64,000 nt of DNA from Podarcis vaucheri (taxonomy: Eukaryota). The stretch's first letter is position 1. Every line of letters begins with the position of its first letter. Below are positions 13,319 to 26,990 of this stretch, in pieces. The stretch lies in assembly GCA_965113315.1 (NCBI GenBank), contig OZ220364.1. One strand, written 5' to 3'. The notes below the pieces were generated by a model, which saw only the letters and a list, made by a program, of their open reading frames with translations, did no database searches and was not told the DNA's origin. The translations under genes and the position numbers were made by a program.

Positions 13319-13578
13319 TCCACACGTCTCATTCTGTGTCTGCATGGGGTTAGCCTTTGGCTCCATGTCTTGCCGCTTTTGGTTCTGCTTAAGTTGATTT
13401 AAGGATGGTTTCGCCTGCACAGCGCCCACGGTTTTGCTTGTCCATTGATCCACCAGTTTGTGGAGATCATCTGTGAAAGTTCCTTTCTTGTTGTTGCTGT
13501 TGTTGGCTTGTACTTGTACTTGCAGCGTTGTTTGTGGTAGAGGGTCCGGATATGCTACAAGGCTGTTTGTCGAGGATC
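13319..13578 (-). CDS. WNK2: WNK2 penultimate exon ([21 protein letters not shown]), phase 1->0
   Basis: gcatcttag|GATCC...TGTGGA|gtaagt; conserved WNK C-terminal motif. Confidence 0.96.
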
Positions 13579-15258
13579 CTAAGATGCCACAGAAAGATAA
13601 GAATCAGCTGCACGCATCAACAAAGCCGTACGACATTCCACTTTTGCTTTTGTTTACTTCATCGCACAACAGTTCTACAACCACACAACTATCTGGTTTT
13701 CACCCAGCTGCTTCTCCTGAAGAACTTTTTTTGCTTCAAAAATGGTTTAAGAAATGATATGCATTTCACCAGTTAGGTGCAGCTTTCGAAATGGCACTGT
13801 AAATAAATTTTTCATCCAAAAAATAAATAAATATTGGTGATTATGTCTTTATGCAAATCCACTGGAATTGACAGAGGAGAGAAGAATAGAAAAGGAAATA
13901 TGGATAGCCTAAAGATGACACAGATATCAGGGATATGTTACTCGTGCTCTGCACAATCACAATTGGCTCCACTTTAATAACCAACACCATGATTGGTTTG
14001 GGATTTACAGATTTCCTATCCAGGACCCCAATTACCCTCCTAAAAAAGCTGATAAGAAGGACTCAAGTTTTCTTTCTAGGCTGGTGAAATCCCATCCTTC
14101 ATGTACATAATTCTGATTCTGCAGAAATCCTACATGACTCAAGAAAAGAGTATATCTGCTGCCATCCAAACCTTCTTGCTTCCACAAAACTCCCATGTTT
14201 CTCTTTCCATTTATCTTTCCAAGTTTACAAAGCAGTTAAAATATTTTACATGACAAACTTTTAAAGATAAATGTGCTAAAGCTATAGGCACCAGCAGTGG
14301 TAATAAATTACACATAGTAACAGTCAGATGTCATGTTACTGATTCATGAAACCATGATTTGGAGGATTAGAAACATGGTGTCTACATATACCCAATATAT
14401 AGTAATGTAATGTAATGTAGCTTGGCTGTGGAAACAATTATCTCACTTACATCCTGAAACTCGGATACCTAATGTTGAACTACAATTTATTCACAGCAAG
14501 ATGATAAAACCAATATCTAACATAAAGTGAAACAGTCTCTAATATTGTTTGGTAGGTGAATCTAAAATGAAATCTTTTTTTTAGTTTTTTGAAAAATATT
14601 TGAATTCTAATTCCTAAAAATACCAATTTGAAGCAAAAAAGTTCAAAGCTGTATTGAAATGACATTATTTATGATGAGCCAATGTGCTATAATCTTATTT
14701 CTGCTGCCATGGAGACTGTGAGGTGTGCTATAAGTAAATCTATTAGTGATTTGTTCGAATGAACACTCGCACCTTCCTTTAAAAATAATTGTGCTCCAAA
14801 CTTTTGTGAATTCTTAGGTTCTTTTGAAAAAACGAACCCATGAAAAGGTAAGTTCTTTTTTCAAGGATTGAATCTCAGCAACTATTCAGTACTTCAAGCA
14901 TCTCAATAGGTGTGAGGAAGTGTTAGGTTGCGTTAGCCAACCAGCAGCAAAACAGCATTGTAAAGAAGCAGTGTTAATTGACATTAGATGAGCACACTAC
15001 CCAGCTTTGTCTCATATACACACATGTACATACTGAGATTAAGATCATCTTGCAGCATGCAGGCATCCCAAAGCATCACCGGCATGCAAAGCTACCAAAA
15101 GGATACCTGCACTTAATTCAGATGCAGCCTAACTTAATACGATCATGAATGCAACGCCTGTTGTTTAAATAAACCACTAGATTACATTTAAATAAAGCAG
15201 CTCATGCTCAGAAAGAAATAACAAAAACCCAAAAAACAAAAGAGAGAGGGATAGTTAC

Positions 15259-15303
15259 TACTACTGTGATCTTTGCCTAGACATAGTCGTTTCAGGGTGG
15301 ACC
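15259..15303 (-). CDS. WNK2: WNK2 45-nt cassette exon (WSTLKRLCLGKDHSS), phase 1->1
   Basis: ccttgtag|GGTCC...AGTA|gtaact; matches recalled WSALKRLCLGKEHSS. Confidence 0.92.
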
Positions 15304-17382
15304 CTACAAGGTAAAATGATACAAGACATACAGAGTTAGGCAAGACTAAAAAGGGGGGAAAGAAAAAAGTCTGATGGAAAATCTTCTGCATTTTTAAACA
15401 ACAAAAAAGTAACCATTATGCAAGAAGGAACAGACAGAAAGTCAGCAGTTCAGGTGTGAAAAGAAGAAATAACTGGGCAGCTCAAAACCTACAGAAATTT
15501 GATGCTATCCAAACAAATGCTATGCAGTTTTTATTTGGACCTGCATAAATCTGAAGGTGAATTTTAAAAAGCACATTTTAAAAAATATGTTGGTGCCTGT
15601 TTTAATTGTGCTTCAAAACTATATTCATCTGATTAATCAATGAATAATAAATATTAAGAAAAAGGCAAAACTAAGCTGGCTATACATTGTTTTTACAAGA
15701 CCACAAAGTTCTGCAGAGCTGAGGACTATCCAATTCAAATTATGTGTCCAAATACAAAATACTGAGCCCTCTAATCTCTATAATATGTTCAAAATGCATC
15801 TGGATTCTAATAGATCTATTGGGGGTATTCCAATTCATCAGTTTCAAAAGCTTGGTGAGATGCTATGATACATTCAGTGATGTACTGCTCATTTTCCAAA
15901 TGTTAAGTATAGTTACTTCTAAGGGAGAAGTCTGACAAGAGCATCATTTGCTATCTATTTAATTACTAGATTCCTTAAACTATTTTTTTTAAACCCTCAA
16001 TATTAAGCAGATAGACCAAAGCCATGTTGTTGTTTGAGTCATTCTGCTGCTGTACTGCATTGAACTAAGCCATGGTCTGGCTTGGTGGGTTGTTCCAACC
16101 AGGGCTCCAGGTTTCGCTTTCCCAGACAAATCATGAGCTACAACTCTAGGACAAACCTTGCTTACAGTTCATGGTTTGCCTGGAGAGAACTAAACCACCA
16201 GCCCAGGTTTGGATGACATGCTAAACAAAAGCATGCCTTGCCAAACAGTCCCACCTGCTTTACCTGCAGCCTCATGCTACTGTAAACTAGGGAGAGGCCC
16301 TTACTGCACATTTCTCTTAGCCATATGAAACATTTAATTAGCATTTTGCTGAATGTCATTAAGTATTCCAAGCAGACTCCACATGCTACTGTACACAAGT
16401 CAGAAATTGTGTTTTGTGCCTGAAAAATAAAACCAGGCTAGATTACTCCACATCTGTCGATGCTGCATGTGAAATGGGACAAGAAAGGCCCTGGGTATGA
16501 AAGCCAACAATAGTATTTTTTACTTCAGGAATGATGACCAGTATTGAATTTAAGTGTAATAAGTAAAGAATAGAAGTTCCACAACAGATGTATCCCTCAC
16601 ACCTCCACAACCCATCCCTGTAAAGAAGAGGGACTTTCAGTTATGATGTGAGAGAGATATTTTGTCCAAATAAACATGGCATGGCAGAGCTGGACCAGCT
16701 ATTACTTTCTCGAGTTGGGGAACACTTTTCTCTTTAGGAAGTAACATTAGCTGCTTGATTCGGCTAGAACTCTTTCAAACAGCACCAACAGGATGATATC
16801 TTTAATCAAACAAACTGAAAGTATTTTTTTTCATTCATATTAACTGTTAAGACATCCCTTTCTTTGGGAATGTTCCCATTTTCCCTCAGTGACTGTATGC
16901 AAAGTTATGTTATTTCCAGGACAAGAGGAATCAAAATTCACATCAACTGCATGATAAGAATTCTTCTTGCCATGCATCAGCTTAACTGAATTACAATGTA
17001 AATAGAAAGGTACATTAGATACACATTTTAAAAAATATCTGTCATCTTTTAAAAGAAAGAAATAAAATTCTATTGCTATGCAAACTGCCACCAAAATTAG
17101 GTATTTTTCTAGACACGATTTCAAGGCACCACTTTAGTCCCACTAAAAGGCAGTATATGGAGTTTCTGTCATGCCCTTCAGATATGTATATAATGAAGAA
17201 GGAGAGTACAAGTCAACCTTTTTTTGGTTGAAGTATCAACCAATATATCATCCCAGCAAAATGCAAGGAAAGAGTTTGCACTACAGAAAAGCAACACTTC
17301 AGCCCACAGTAGGGAGGGGAATCCGGAAAGTACTTTGTACTTCCGATAACTTTCTCTTTATGGAGATTAAAATTCAGATAGG

Positions 17383-17384
<2 letters not shown>

Positions 17385-17442
<58 letters not shown>
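17385..17442. repeat. (AT)n microsatellite
   Basis: Direct observation. Confidence 0.97.
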
Positions 17443-17444
<2 letters not shown>

Positions 17445-20002
17445 CTCCAGATGCACATAAGGCTTTTTTTTTTAACTGAAATGTGGCCATACCAGTCTTG
17501 CTCAAGGGAAAGAAGCATGAGGAGAATGGAAAAGTTGTCACTGGACAAGGGGCTAAAATGCTTTGAAATTTCAGAAGACTTAGCCCACCATGCCCAAGTG
17601 TTTCTCCACAATGGGAGGGACAAGACAGTTACTTTTTATTTTAATGGAAGTTGAAGTTCATTATCCGATATGATGCTTGCTCAGCGATGTTTATGCACGT
17701 GCAGACGGAGGTGAGGACCAGCTAAAATGAGAAACATTTCGTTCTAGACTATGAAGTCAACTGCTTTTATGCAGTACGTTTTAATGCTTTTGTTTTGTTT
17801 TGTTTTGGTTTTAACTTTTGTTAACTGCTCTGGGAACTGATGAGGTAGAAAGCTCTAAAATAAATAAATAAAATAGAAATAGGAATCAGGTAACCAATTC
17901 ATTGTGTTGGACAACTGAAAGGTATCAGATATTGTGGTGGCCCCATTATCCTCTTGTGTGTCCTGGGCATCAAAATTGAAGTTGTTTTTTGCTATACTAG
18001 CCAGATAACTTGAAGCGGATGATGTCAAATTATATGTGAGATTCAGTCTAACAAAGTTAGAACTTTGGGCAAAAGATTTATTAAAAATGGCAAAGTTCAC
18101 CCAACAGATCACATCCACTCTCTGCTTTCAAACCAGATGACAACATCTGATAGCATATTCAATTAATTGATTTGTTTTCCCTTTAGAATGCTTTGCTAAA
18201 GAATTGCATCACCATGCTAAAAAATTGAGGGCTCATGTGAGTAGTTAAAATGACTAGTTTAAGAATGTAAGTTGTGTGTTATCTTTGTCATTACTGTCAT
18301 GGAACCAAATGCTAAGAACATTTAATGTTTAAAATTAGAATGGGTTGTGTACAGCAAAAGTGTAGAAGACAAATGGAACTATTCTGACTACTTGTGACTA
18401 CAGAAAAAGTTACAACCACATCCAGATTGTTAACAAGAATAATTATATACAGAAAATTTCAGTAGTACTTAGCAATATCCAATGTTGATCATACTTGTAA
18501 CTGACCCATTGAAATCAACTATTATGTGTATAACTTAGTTGGATATTATCCATTAGTTCTAGATCTTGAAAGTACTGTTAAAGTTTAAGGTGACTTGCTT
18601 CATACACTGATCTCTATATGTATCAGTTCTCACCAGCCCTTTATAATCAAATATTAATGAAGCTTTAAAATAAAAAATATAATTATTTGGGAATCAAGGA
18701 GGATGCATTTTGAGTAGTCTTGTGCCTTTGATCTGCATCACCTCAATAATGATAAAAAATGCATAGTTCCAATGGTAAAAGTTTGATACAAATGGAAATG
18801 AACACTGAATTAACTGGATGTTTAGTTGCCAAAACGCTGTCCCTGTTTTTTGGCACTACATGTAACAAAGGTCTAGATCACCTTATCAGTACAATGTATC
18901 TTGACTGCACAGTAAAAAAATCTATTTGCCTTATAATTAATACCTGCTTTTAAAAAGTTAAATATATGTGAGAGTTGATTGAACTGCCAATTGGTATACT
19001 TGTACAATTAAGGAAACATCTACTTGCTTTTAGTTGTATGGCTATTTGAAATCAATCCAAACATTGTATCAGTGAAACATTCTAGAGTGCCATTAGAACT
19101 TTAATTTTTCTTTAAAAAATATTCTGTGCTTTGATGAACTGCTTATTGACTTCATCTCTGAGGTCACGTAAGGTCATAGTAAAAATCAACCGAGTAAAGT
19201 GCTCCAGCTAGGTGAGTTAACAATAAAAGCCACACTGCACTTTGTAGCAGAATAACTCGACAGTTGCATTTAACAAAATTCACTTAAAGAAACCCAAAGT
19301 ATACATTGTGTGTGTGGGGAGAGAATACTGCTCATAAAAGATGTTAAAAAAAAAACTAGCAGGAGCATTTCTCAGCATTTCCACATGCAAGGGATAGAAC
19401 AAATAAAATGATAATAATAGTAACAGTAATAAAAAGGGTGGATATAAACAGTACTGTATATTGTTTGAATACAGCCCTTGTGCAGAGGTTATACCCTTCA
19501 GTGACCTTCTAGTATTGTGTCAGCTTGCTACATGCATGTCTTCATAGTCCAAACATGTGTGAAAGAGACCATTCGTCTACAGAACGTTGGATTTCTTTTT
19601 GGTATCGCTGGAACTGGGACAGCAGACATTTATAACTGCCACATTGGAAATTAAAAGTTACTTAAACGTAAAATCACATAAAAGATATGTCCAGGGTAAG
19701 ATTTGCCATAAGGCTATAGAATAAATTATGAGATCTTCCACACATGCTTTTGGTACCCAGGCATGAGCCAAAAGCAGTGCACAAAAGCTTTCCACGTGAA
19801 ATAAATAAATAAAAAATAAATAAATAAAAATAGTGTCAATGATGATTAACTTTTAAAGAAGGAAATCAAAGAGAGTGTCTAGGTGGGGGGGAAAGGACAC
19901 CCGGTCAAACGTTTTAGATATATATATATGAAAATGAGTTTTGGAAAAAGGGGGACAAAAGAAAGATGGGCTATGATAAAATACAAAAGAACAAATACAA
20001 AC

Positions 20003-20101
20003 AGATGGACAAAGACACAGGTCCACTGAGGAATCTGGTACGAGGTTTGCTACTAGATTTATAGGTCACTCTCTCAGACGTTTGGTGGAAAACCGTCCAG
20101 C
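20003..20101 (-). CDS. WNK2: WNK2 99-nt cassette exon (GWTVFHQTSERVTYKSSSKPRTRFLSGPVSLSI), phase 1->1
   Basis: catttgcag|GCTGG...ATCT|gtttgt (weak donor); peptide matches recalled WNK2. Confidence 0.92.
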
Positions 20102-21063
20102 CTGCAAATGAATATAAAGGGAAGAAAACAAAGACACTTATAAAGTACAAATAGCTGAGATCAGTTGTCACCATCAGTCATATCAGCTTTGTTAGTTTAT
20201 CATCCACATCTCCATTTTAGCCTTGCCAAAGAGGAGTAAGTTCATTGGCTATATGCAAAAGGATGCAAAAAATAACAGCAGAAGAAAATAGATACTTTGT
20301 AGGATTAGTTTGGCAGGACATGCAGAACTGAGTAAAGTATTGTTTCTTTAATCATCATTACACTTTGCAACAAATATTGCTACACATATCGTGACTAATC
20401 TATGGAACTGTGCACTGCAAGATACGAATACTACAATTATATGAAACTGTGTCTCAAATGAGATAGAGATCTTCTAGTGAAGCCAGAAACCCATGAGAAT
20501 AATGGAACTAACTTGCAAGGTGGTAAAAGCTTAATTGCTCCCATGCTATATTTGCATAGGCCCAATATGAAAGAATGTCTTAGGAACAAAATTCTGCACC
20601 AGATTTGGATCTAAGAATATGGACCAAAAGAAAAGTAAGCCAGCCTTTCCCTCCTACCAAATTGTTTAAATGTACAAAGGACCATTTCCTTATTTTTTTA
20701 AAAAAAGATGTACAATTCCTTGAAAACTAAGAAATGTGATACCTTCATTTTTCACACACTACTAACCTTTCAAATATTGCTCATTATCAAAAGATGCATT
20801 AATGACTTGGACATCTACAATTTCACGATAATTGAAGACCCATTATAATAATGTTATCATCACTATAGGACCCTTTCTGTTCTTATCACATTTATCCTAT
20901 TAACCGCTCTATAAAGACTGCGAGACGGTAACTTGCCCAAGTCAGTGCGCTGAGCAGCTATTTGAACCTGCAACTCCCAACGTCATACAAATTCACTTTT
21001 AATGTTGAAATAATTGCTAATTTCAGTATAGAAGGAATGATGACCCCAAGTATATAGAATCAC

Positions 21064-21279
21064 CTTGGGCAGAATTTTCATGGGCATCGCCTCCCTCAGT
21101 AGCTAATCCAGAGCAGATGTCAGTGGACAAGGAAGCCTTGACAGAGCAGGGCTGCTGGGTCTGAACGGACTTTCCAAGTATGGCGGATGTGGACGAAGTT
21201 AGTGCCGCCGCTTCAGTAGAACCAGTTTGAGCTTTAGCATTTTCTTTAGCCAGAGTGTCTTTGCAGTCTGATACACTAC
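21064..21279 (-). CDS. WNK2: WNK2 exon (…KSVQTQQPCSVKASLSTDICSG…), phase 1->1
   Basis: ccttttttag|GTAGTG...CAAG|gtgatt; 216 nt. Confidence 0.93.
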
Positions 21280-23419
21280 CTAAAAAAGGAGACATGCAAA
21301 AATCACCAAACGCCAAGAAATAAGATTGGCTGCCAACTAGCAGGTCATTACTGAAGAACGCTTCAAATATTTTGAAGCAGTGCAAGAAGTCTACAGCTGC
21401 ATGAAGCTGCACAGTTGAAGCACTTCCAACTGCAGGTAACCAACCTGCTGTTCAGCTTGCAAGTGTTGATGCCAATATAATATGAAATAAAACTGACAGC
21501 AGCTTTACAATAAAGTAGCTTTAAAACAGTAGCTGTACAATAGGCCCATAGCTAAGCTAAGCTATGGGCCTTTAGCTAAGCTATGGGCCTACAGATATCC
21601 TTGGACTACAATTCCTATGATCCCTGACCAGTAGTGGGTGGCATAGTGGTACTCACCTGATCTCCCAACAGCTGAATCACTTCTCCTTACCAAGAAGGAG
21701 AAGGTGAGGAGGTGGGAAGTTTGGCACAATGCAAACACACCAGCAAAACCAATCTAGTGTTTGCACCATGCTGACCTTCCTACCACCTCACCCTGGCACC
21801 ACCTTCTAGTAAACAGCAGTGATTAAGTTGTCAATGGGTCAGGCGAGTGGTCATGTGGTCATGCTGGCTGTAAACAATAGAAGTTGGTCCAACAAAATTT
21901 GCAGAGCCACCCCATTTTACATTTTTTGGACATAAGCTATGTTTGTATGCTGACTAACCCCACTGAATGCAGTGAGATTTTACATCTGAGTAGACCTACA
22001 TAGGATTATTGATGGATGCCATGGCTGAGAGCTACATTAGGTGATGGCAAAGGTTTTTCAGGACTTTTCCATTGCCATATCCAAACTATTTTTAAAAAGG
22101 TGTATTTTAGAAATCTGGTGTATGTATGTGTTTGTGAAAGACTGCTGTTTGGGAAACACAAGATGAAAACCCCAATGGGCACATAAAATGGGGACACAAA
22201 ACAGTGTTGTTATTGTCTGGATTTTTTAAGAGACTTGAAAGAGTTACTCGTGGCCTCGTCCTACACATGACCACTCAGAAATAACTAAAAGTTTATGCAA
22301 TGGGATTCACTCCCAAGTAGGTACATAAAGGATTAAAGTCTTAGTCCATCCAGAGTCTGGGCGGAATGCACCCCCCCCCAGCCACCCAAACTTAAACCCA
22401 TTTTCACAGGAACTCATCTGGCCTTCCCTTAAAATGATCTCCAGGGAAAGGAGAGACCATCACTTCCCTGAAGAAGCTTGCTTCATTTCCCAACATCCTA
22501 TGAATGAATAACCCTAGAAGAAGAAAAAACTGGATAAAGGGCAGAGATGAAACTGCACTTCTGCATTGTGAGAAAAAAAGCAATACTGCTCACCTGGGTT
22601 GAGGGCAGTTGGGGGGAAGACTGAAAGGAATCATTTCAGAAAAACAGTGCAAGATTGAGCCACTCTATCAGATGGAATGGCTGAGCAAAACCCGTCCTCC
22701 CTTTCTCCAGGAACTACAATGGCCTTCACATTTAAGTAGAAATTAGTCAGAAATAAAAATTAAAATACTGAATTTCATTGTCCCATTTTCTGGAGAACAG
22801 AGATTAGGGAGAAAAGATGGTCTTCACCTATCAACTTTTATGCAATGAGTAGGTGTGGTAATGAATATATTAAAGAGTTTTACAAGGATTCTTTCCCTCT
22901 GCCCCCAATTTACTTTAAAACTGCTGACAGTGGTTGGAAACCTATGGGATGGAAGCAAAAAATCCCCATGTAAACAAGTTTCAAACACAAAAAGTTCATA
23001 ACTTAGTATAGAAAAATGCTACAGCATTTTCTATGCAAAGGTTGTAGGGAAGATGCCCCACATCAGCTACAGCAAAGACTGCGGGAAGTGGGCGATTCCC
23101 AAGGGTAGCCCATTCTTCCTTTTGGGCAGACAAAAATGAGAGGTGGGAACATGCAATTTAAAAGGTGCTTTTTAATATCACCCATCATATCTTCAGCCTG
23201 GTATACAGAAATAATAAAACAAATGTTAAAAAGGTAAGTCATCTACCCCATTCCACTAGGAGAAGCCAGTGCAAGGGGGCTTGGCTCCCATACCCCACAC
23301 CCCTCCCTCAAATCTACTCTTGGAAGATTCCACAGAACAGTGTGAGGTGTGGAGGACGGCATTCTATCAGCAATCTCCTCAGCACTACATTGAGTTCCAA
23401 GTCCACTCATCCTTTCGGT

Positions 23420-24160
23420 GAGGCAGTGTTGAAGGACAGCAGAGGTTCCACCACACCCCCTGATGAGAGAATCCTAACATCAGTGCCCCTTCCTGATAGG
23501 TGGCATGGGCATAAGCCTGAGCCACCTATCAGGAGCCGGATCCTGGCCTGCATCCCGGTTTGGTGAATGGGGATGCAGGCTAGGACATGGGCTTGGCGAG
23601 GGAGTGGAGCGGGTGGAGCAGGAAGGCTTCCCTTGGGTCCGCTCCCTGGCCATTTAAACGGCCCACACCTGGGGCCCTACCTGCTTTTCCCTCGTCGGGT
23701 TCCTCACCCTTGGTTCAAGTTGATAGTCAAGGACTTTGCTGTGGTCGCCATTTTATGGGGCTGGGTAGGACTTTGTCCACCGGGCAAATTGGCTCCAACC
23801 TGGTGGTTTTGCCTACCTCATAGCAATCGTCGCAACTGAGTTGGGCATTGGGACAATCCTTTGTCTTGGATGGAGAGGGGGTTGTAGTTTCTGCCTGCTG
23901 CTCCAAACGCTGGGGTATCCCGTTAAAGGGATTTGGGGGTCACCCTATTTGATGTAAGTCTTAGGAACCCCTGCCTGGATTGACCTATGTGTAACTTCCA
24001 GTGGGCAGGCCGGAAGTATTTTGATTGTCCCATGCCCAAGCCAAACCTCTTTCATCTGTATTCAATAAAGTTGTGGCCTGTTTCGATCCAAACCCAGTCT
24101 CAGTGGTCTTTTATTTATCTGAGGTTGGGGAACGGGGAGCACAATGCCTGGACCCGCAAC
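23420..24160 (+). mobile_element. GC-rich retroelement terminal-repeat-like segment (LTR or DIRS/Ngaro-like; family uncertain)
   Basis: Abrupt GC-rich block; caataaagttgtggcc...ttatttatc...gacccgcaa end is shared with 31460-31775. Confidence 0.5.
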
Positions 24161-24994
24161 TACTGAAATCAATGCACATAATGTGGTCATGTTCATTCAT
24201 ATCAGTGGGTCTATTTTGTGTAAAAAATAGTTGGATACCACCCAACAGAAACAAAAAGCAACTAAATCATAAAACAGTCTGTAGGGTTTTAAAGTGCATT
24301 ATGAGAATTAGGGTGGTCCCCCCCCATTATTTCTTTTAACAAAAAAATGGTGTTTTGCTATTACTGATGTTAATATAAATATATCCTATATAGGTACTGC
24401 CACATGTGGAGGAACTTGAATGCCATGCTTCTTCTGTGCCCATGCCACCCTCCCCATGCCTACTAATGGCTTGGTGTGCCAAGGGGAAGAAAGACATAAG
24501 CAGAACTCTATCGGGCCTGGTGCTTCCCCAGTACTGAGCTGGATCATGCTCAGACCATAGAGACTAAGCTGCAACCAGGCAGAAGAATACCATTTTCTAA
24601 TCAAGACACAGTCTTATACCTATAAATAAGGTTTTACAAATGTTTCCGTATGCTGTTGCTGCAGTGGTGTTTAATGTTGCTTCAGTGCTGGATTTACGTG
24701 TTAATTTACGCAACAGGAAAATGTGCTAAAGGTCAATTTAAGTAAATCCATTTTAACAGGCCTTCGTTTGTTCTGGGGTCAAATAGGGCAAATGTAAAAA
24801 CAAAAACAAAAAACCCACTGCCTTACAAAACAGTCCTCAATTTGAAATCTTGAGTCTCTCTGCGAGAACAATGCAAATGTAAAACTGACACAGATGCTTT
24901 TCACTACACATCATGTGCACTTCATAAACATGTGGCAGCAAAAGGATAGCACTGGTAAAGTTACTCATAGGAGAAAGTTATCTGATGTACGTAC

Positions 24995-25209
24995 TTGTAC
25001 TGGATGTTGTTGTTTTGAGCTGTTGAACAACAGGATTTATTAATTTCCCAGTTTTTAATTTGCTCTTGCTGGTTCTTCGTCGACGGCCAGTTGGCGGGGC
25101 AGAATGAAGGAACCCGATATTTGGTGGTAAAGGCTTCCCCAGTCGGATGTACAGGGCTTCTATTTCTTTCTTCTGCTGAGTCTGCAGCTCAGTAATTTCT
25201 TTCATGTGT
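24995..25209 (-). CDS. WNK2: WNK2 exon, C-terminal coiled coil (HQ motif), phase 2->1
   Basis: ttctacag|ACACATG...ACAA|gtacgt; HMKEITELQTQQKKEIEALYIRLGKPLPP. Confidence 0.96.
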
Positions 25210-25253
25210 CTGTAGAACAGAAACAGGTTGTTACATCAAATTCAAAGTGCTGC

Positions 25254-25255
<2 letters not shown>

Positions 25256-25294
<39 letters not shown>
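25256..25294. repeat. (TG)n microsatellite
   Basis: Direct observation. Confidence 0.97.
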
Positions 25295-25295
<1 letters not shown>

Positions 25296-25828
25296 GGAAA
25301 AGGCTCAGAAAAGGGCAACGAAAATAATCAAGGGGATGGAGCAACTCCCCTATGAAGAAAGGTTGCAACTTTTTAGTTTAGAGAAAAGGTGAATAAGAGG
25401 TGACCTGATAGACATTTATAAAATGATGCAGAAAGCACATAGAGAAAAGTTTTCCTCCCTCTCTCATAACACAAGAACTCATGGACTACTGATGAAGCTG
25501 AATGTTGGAAGATTCAGGACAGAGAAAATAAATGCCTTCTTCACACGGCGCACAGCTGAACAATGGGACTCACTCCAACAGCGATGGTCACCAAGCTGGA
25601 TGGTTTTGAAAGAGGATTAGACAGATTTAAGTAGGAAAAGGCTATGGGATGTTACTAGCCATGATGGCTATGCTCTGCCTCCACAGTTGCAGTTGAATAC
25701 TTGTTGCTGGAAACCACAGGAGGGGCGAGTGCTTGGATCCTGCCTGCAGGTTTCCCACAGGCTTCTGTTTGGCAGCTGTAAGAACAGGATTCTGCACTAG
25801 ATGGGTCATTTGCCTGATCCAGAAGGCC
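25295..25828 (+). mobile_element. CR1 LINE 3' fragment (decayed ORF2 C-terminus plus 3' UTR)
   Basis: LEKAQKRATKIIKGMEQLPYEERL-like and RTHG..MKLNVGRFRT..FFT motifs typical of the CR1 ORF2 end. Confidence 0.9.
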
Positions 25829-26059
25829 GTGTGCATGTGTGTGCGTGCGTGTGCGTAAAACACCCATCCACCCACCCACCCACCCACCGAGAGAGCATAT
25901 GCCTAATATATAATTTGTACATAGTATCCACATTAGGATCACAGGCAGTCTTTTTCATGCACACTGCATGAGATATGTCCCAACCTCTGAGTTAAGCAAA
26001 TATTTCAATAGAAAACCAGTCATATGATACCACCTTGGACACACACACAAACTCCTGTG

Positions 26060-26990
26060 TAGGAAAAGAAAAGGAGGCATGACCACGAAGGCTATTAAAA
26101 GTTAATACTGAAAAGTTTGTGCATGATGCAGGAGTAGACAGGAAGCCAGTGCAGAGCTTTAAAAAGGAATGACACACGAGAAGAGCAATGAAAAGGGTGA
26201 ATTATTTTGAAAGAGTATGGAATAGAGGTGAGGGGACCAAGTTAAGAAAATGGAAAACCAAACAGGAGAAGGTTGCAGTAGTCATGGTAAGAAATAGTGG
26301 TGGATTAGCTGGAGGTGCACTGGTCCAGGATGCCAGGATTGAACAACTAATTGAATAGTCCTGGTTGCTCCTCCTTTTCTGTGGCTGTAGGCGACCAAAA
26401 CAGGGTGGTACTGGTAGCAACTACAGAATAGTAAAACCCAGCTGGCAGCACTGCAGGGCTGTTGGGCAGCTGTTGGACAAGAAATAGGTGTGCAAGGCTT
26501 TCCTGAGCATCCTCCCTTTCTCCACAAGTAAATTACTGGTGATTTGGGTGAAAGGAGCATTAGTGAAATGCTGAAGGTGGCCACCGTTGGGAGAAAGGGT
26601 GGTGTAGAAATTAAGTAATTAAATAAATGTAATGTAATGTGATCACAACAGCAGAGTTGGAGGAAACAAAGTAAGAAGCAAGCTGAAATACGCAAAAAGG
26701 AGGAGTTAAAGGTCAGAAGAGAAATTGGAGAGGGAGACTGGGATAAGAAATTGGGTGAAGAGTGGCATATATGAATACAGAAGGGGAGGAGTTAGATGAA
26801 AGGCGTAGGTTGATACTGTGATGGAAAGGAGGAGAAATGACAAAGAAGATGGCTATGTGGTTTTAGAAGAGGACAGGATCAAAGCTTCACATGAAATTAG
26901 ATGAGGGCAACAGAATAGTGAGAGAAGGAGGAACAGTTTTAGGGGCATGTGGGGGGGGGGCTGGAAGACGTATCCTGTTAATGGAAAGAA
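26060..26990 (-). mobile_element. Decayed L2-like LINE fragment
   Basis: Purine-skewed block; the minus strand has a LKALHWLPV-like remnant (aggaagccagtgcagagcttt on plus). Confidence 0.55.

Noticed and set aside
17171-17623. ORFs with (IY)n runs
   Set aside because: Artefact of the (AT)n microsatellite.
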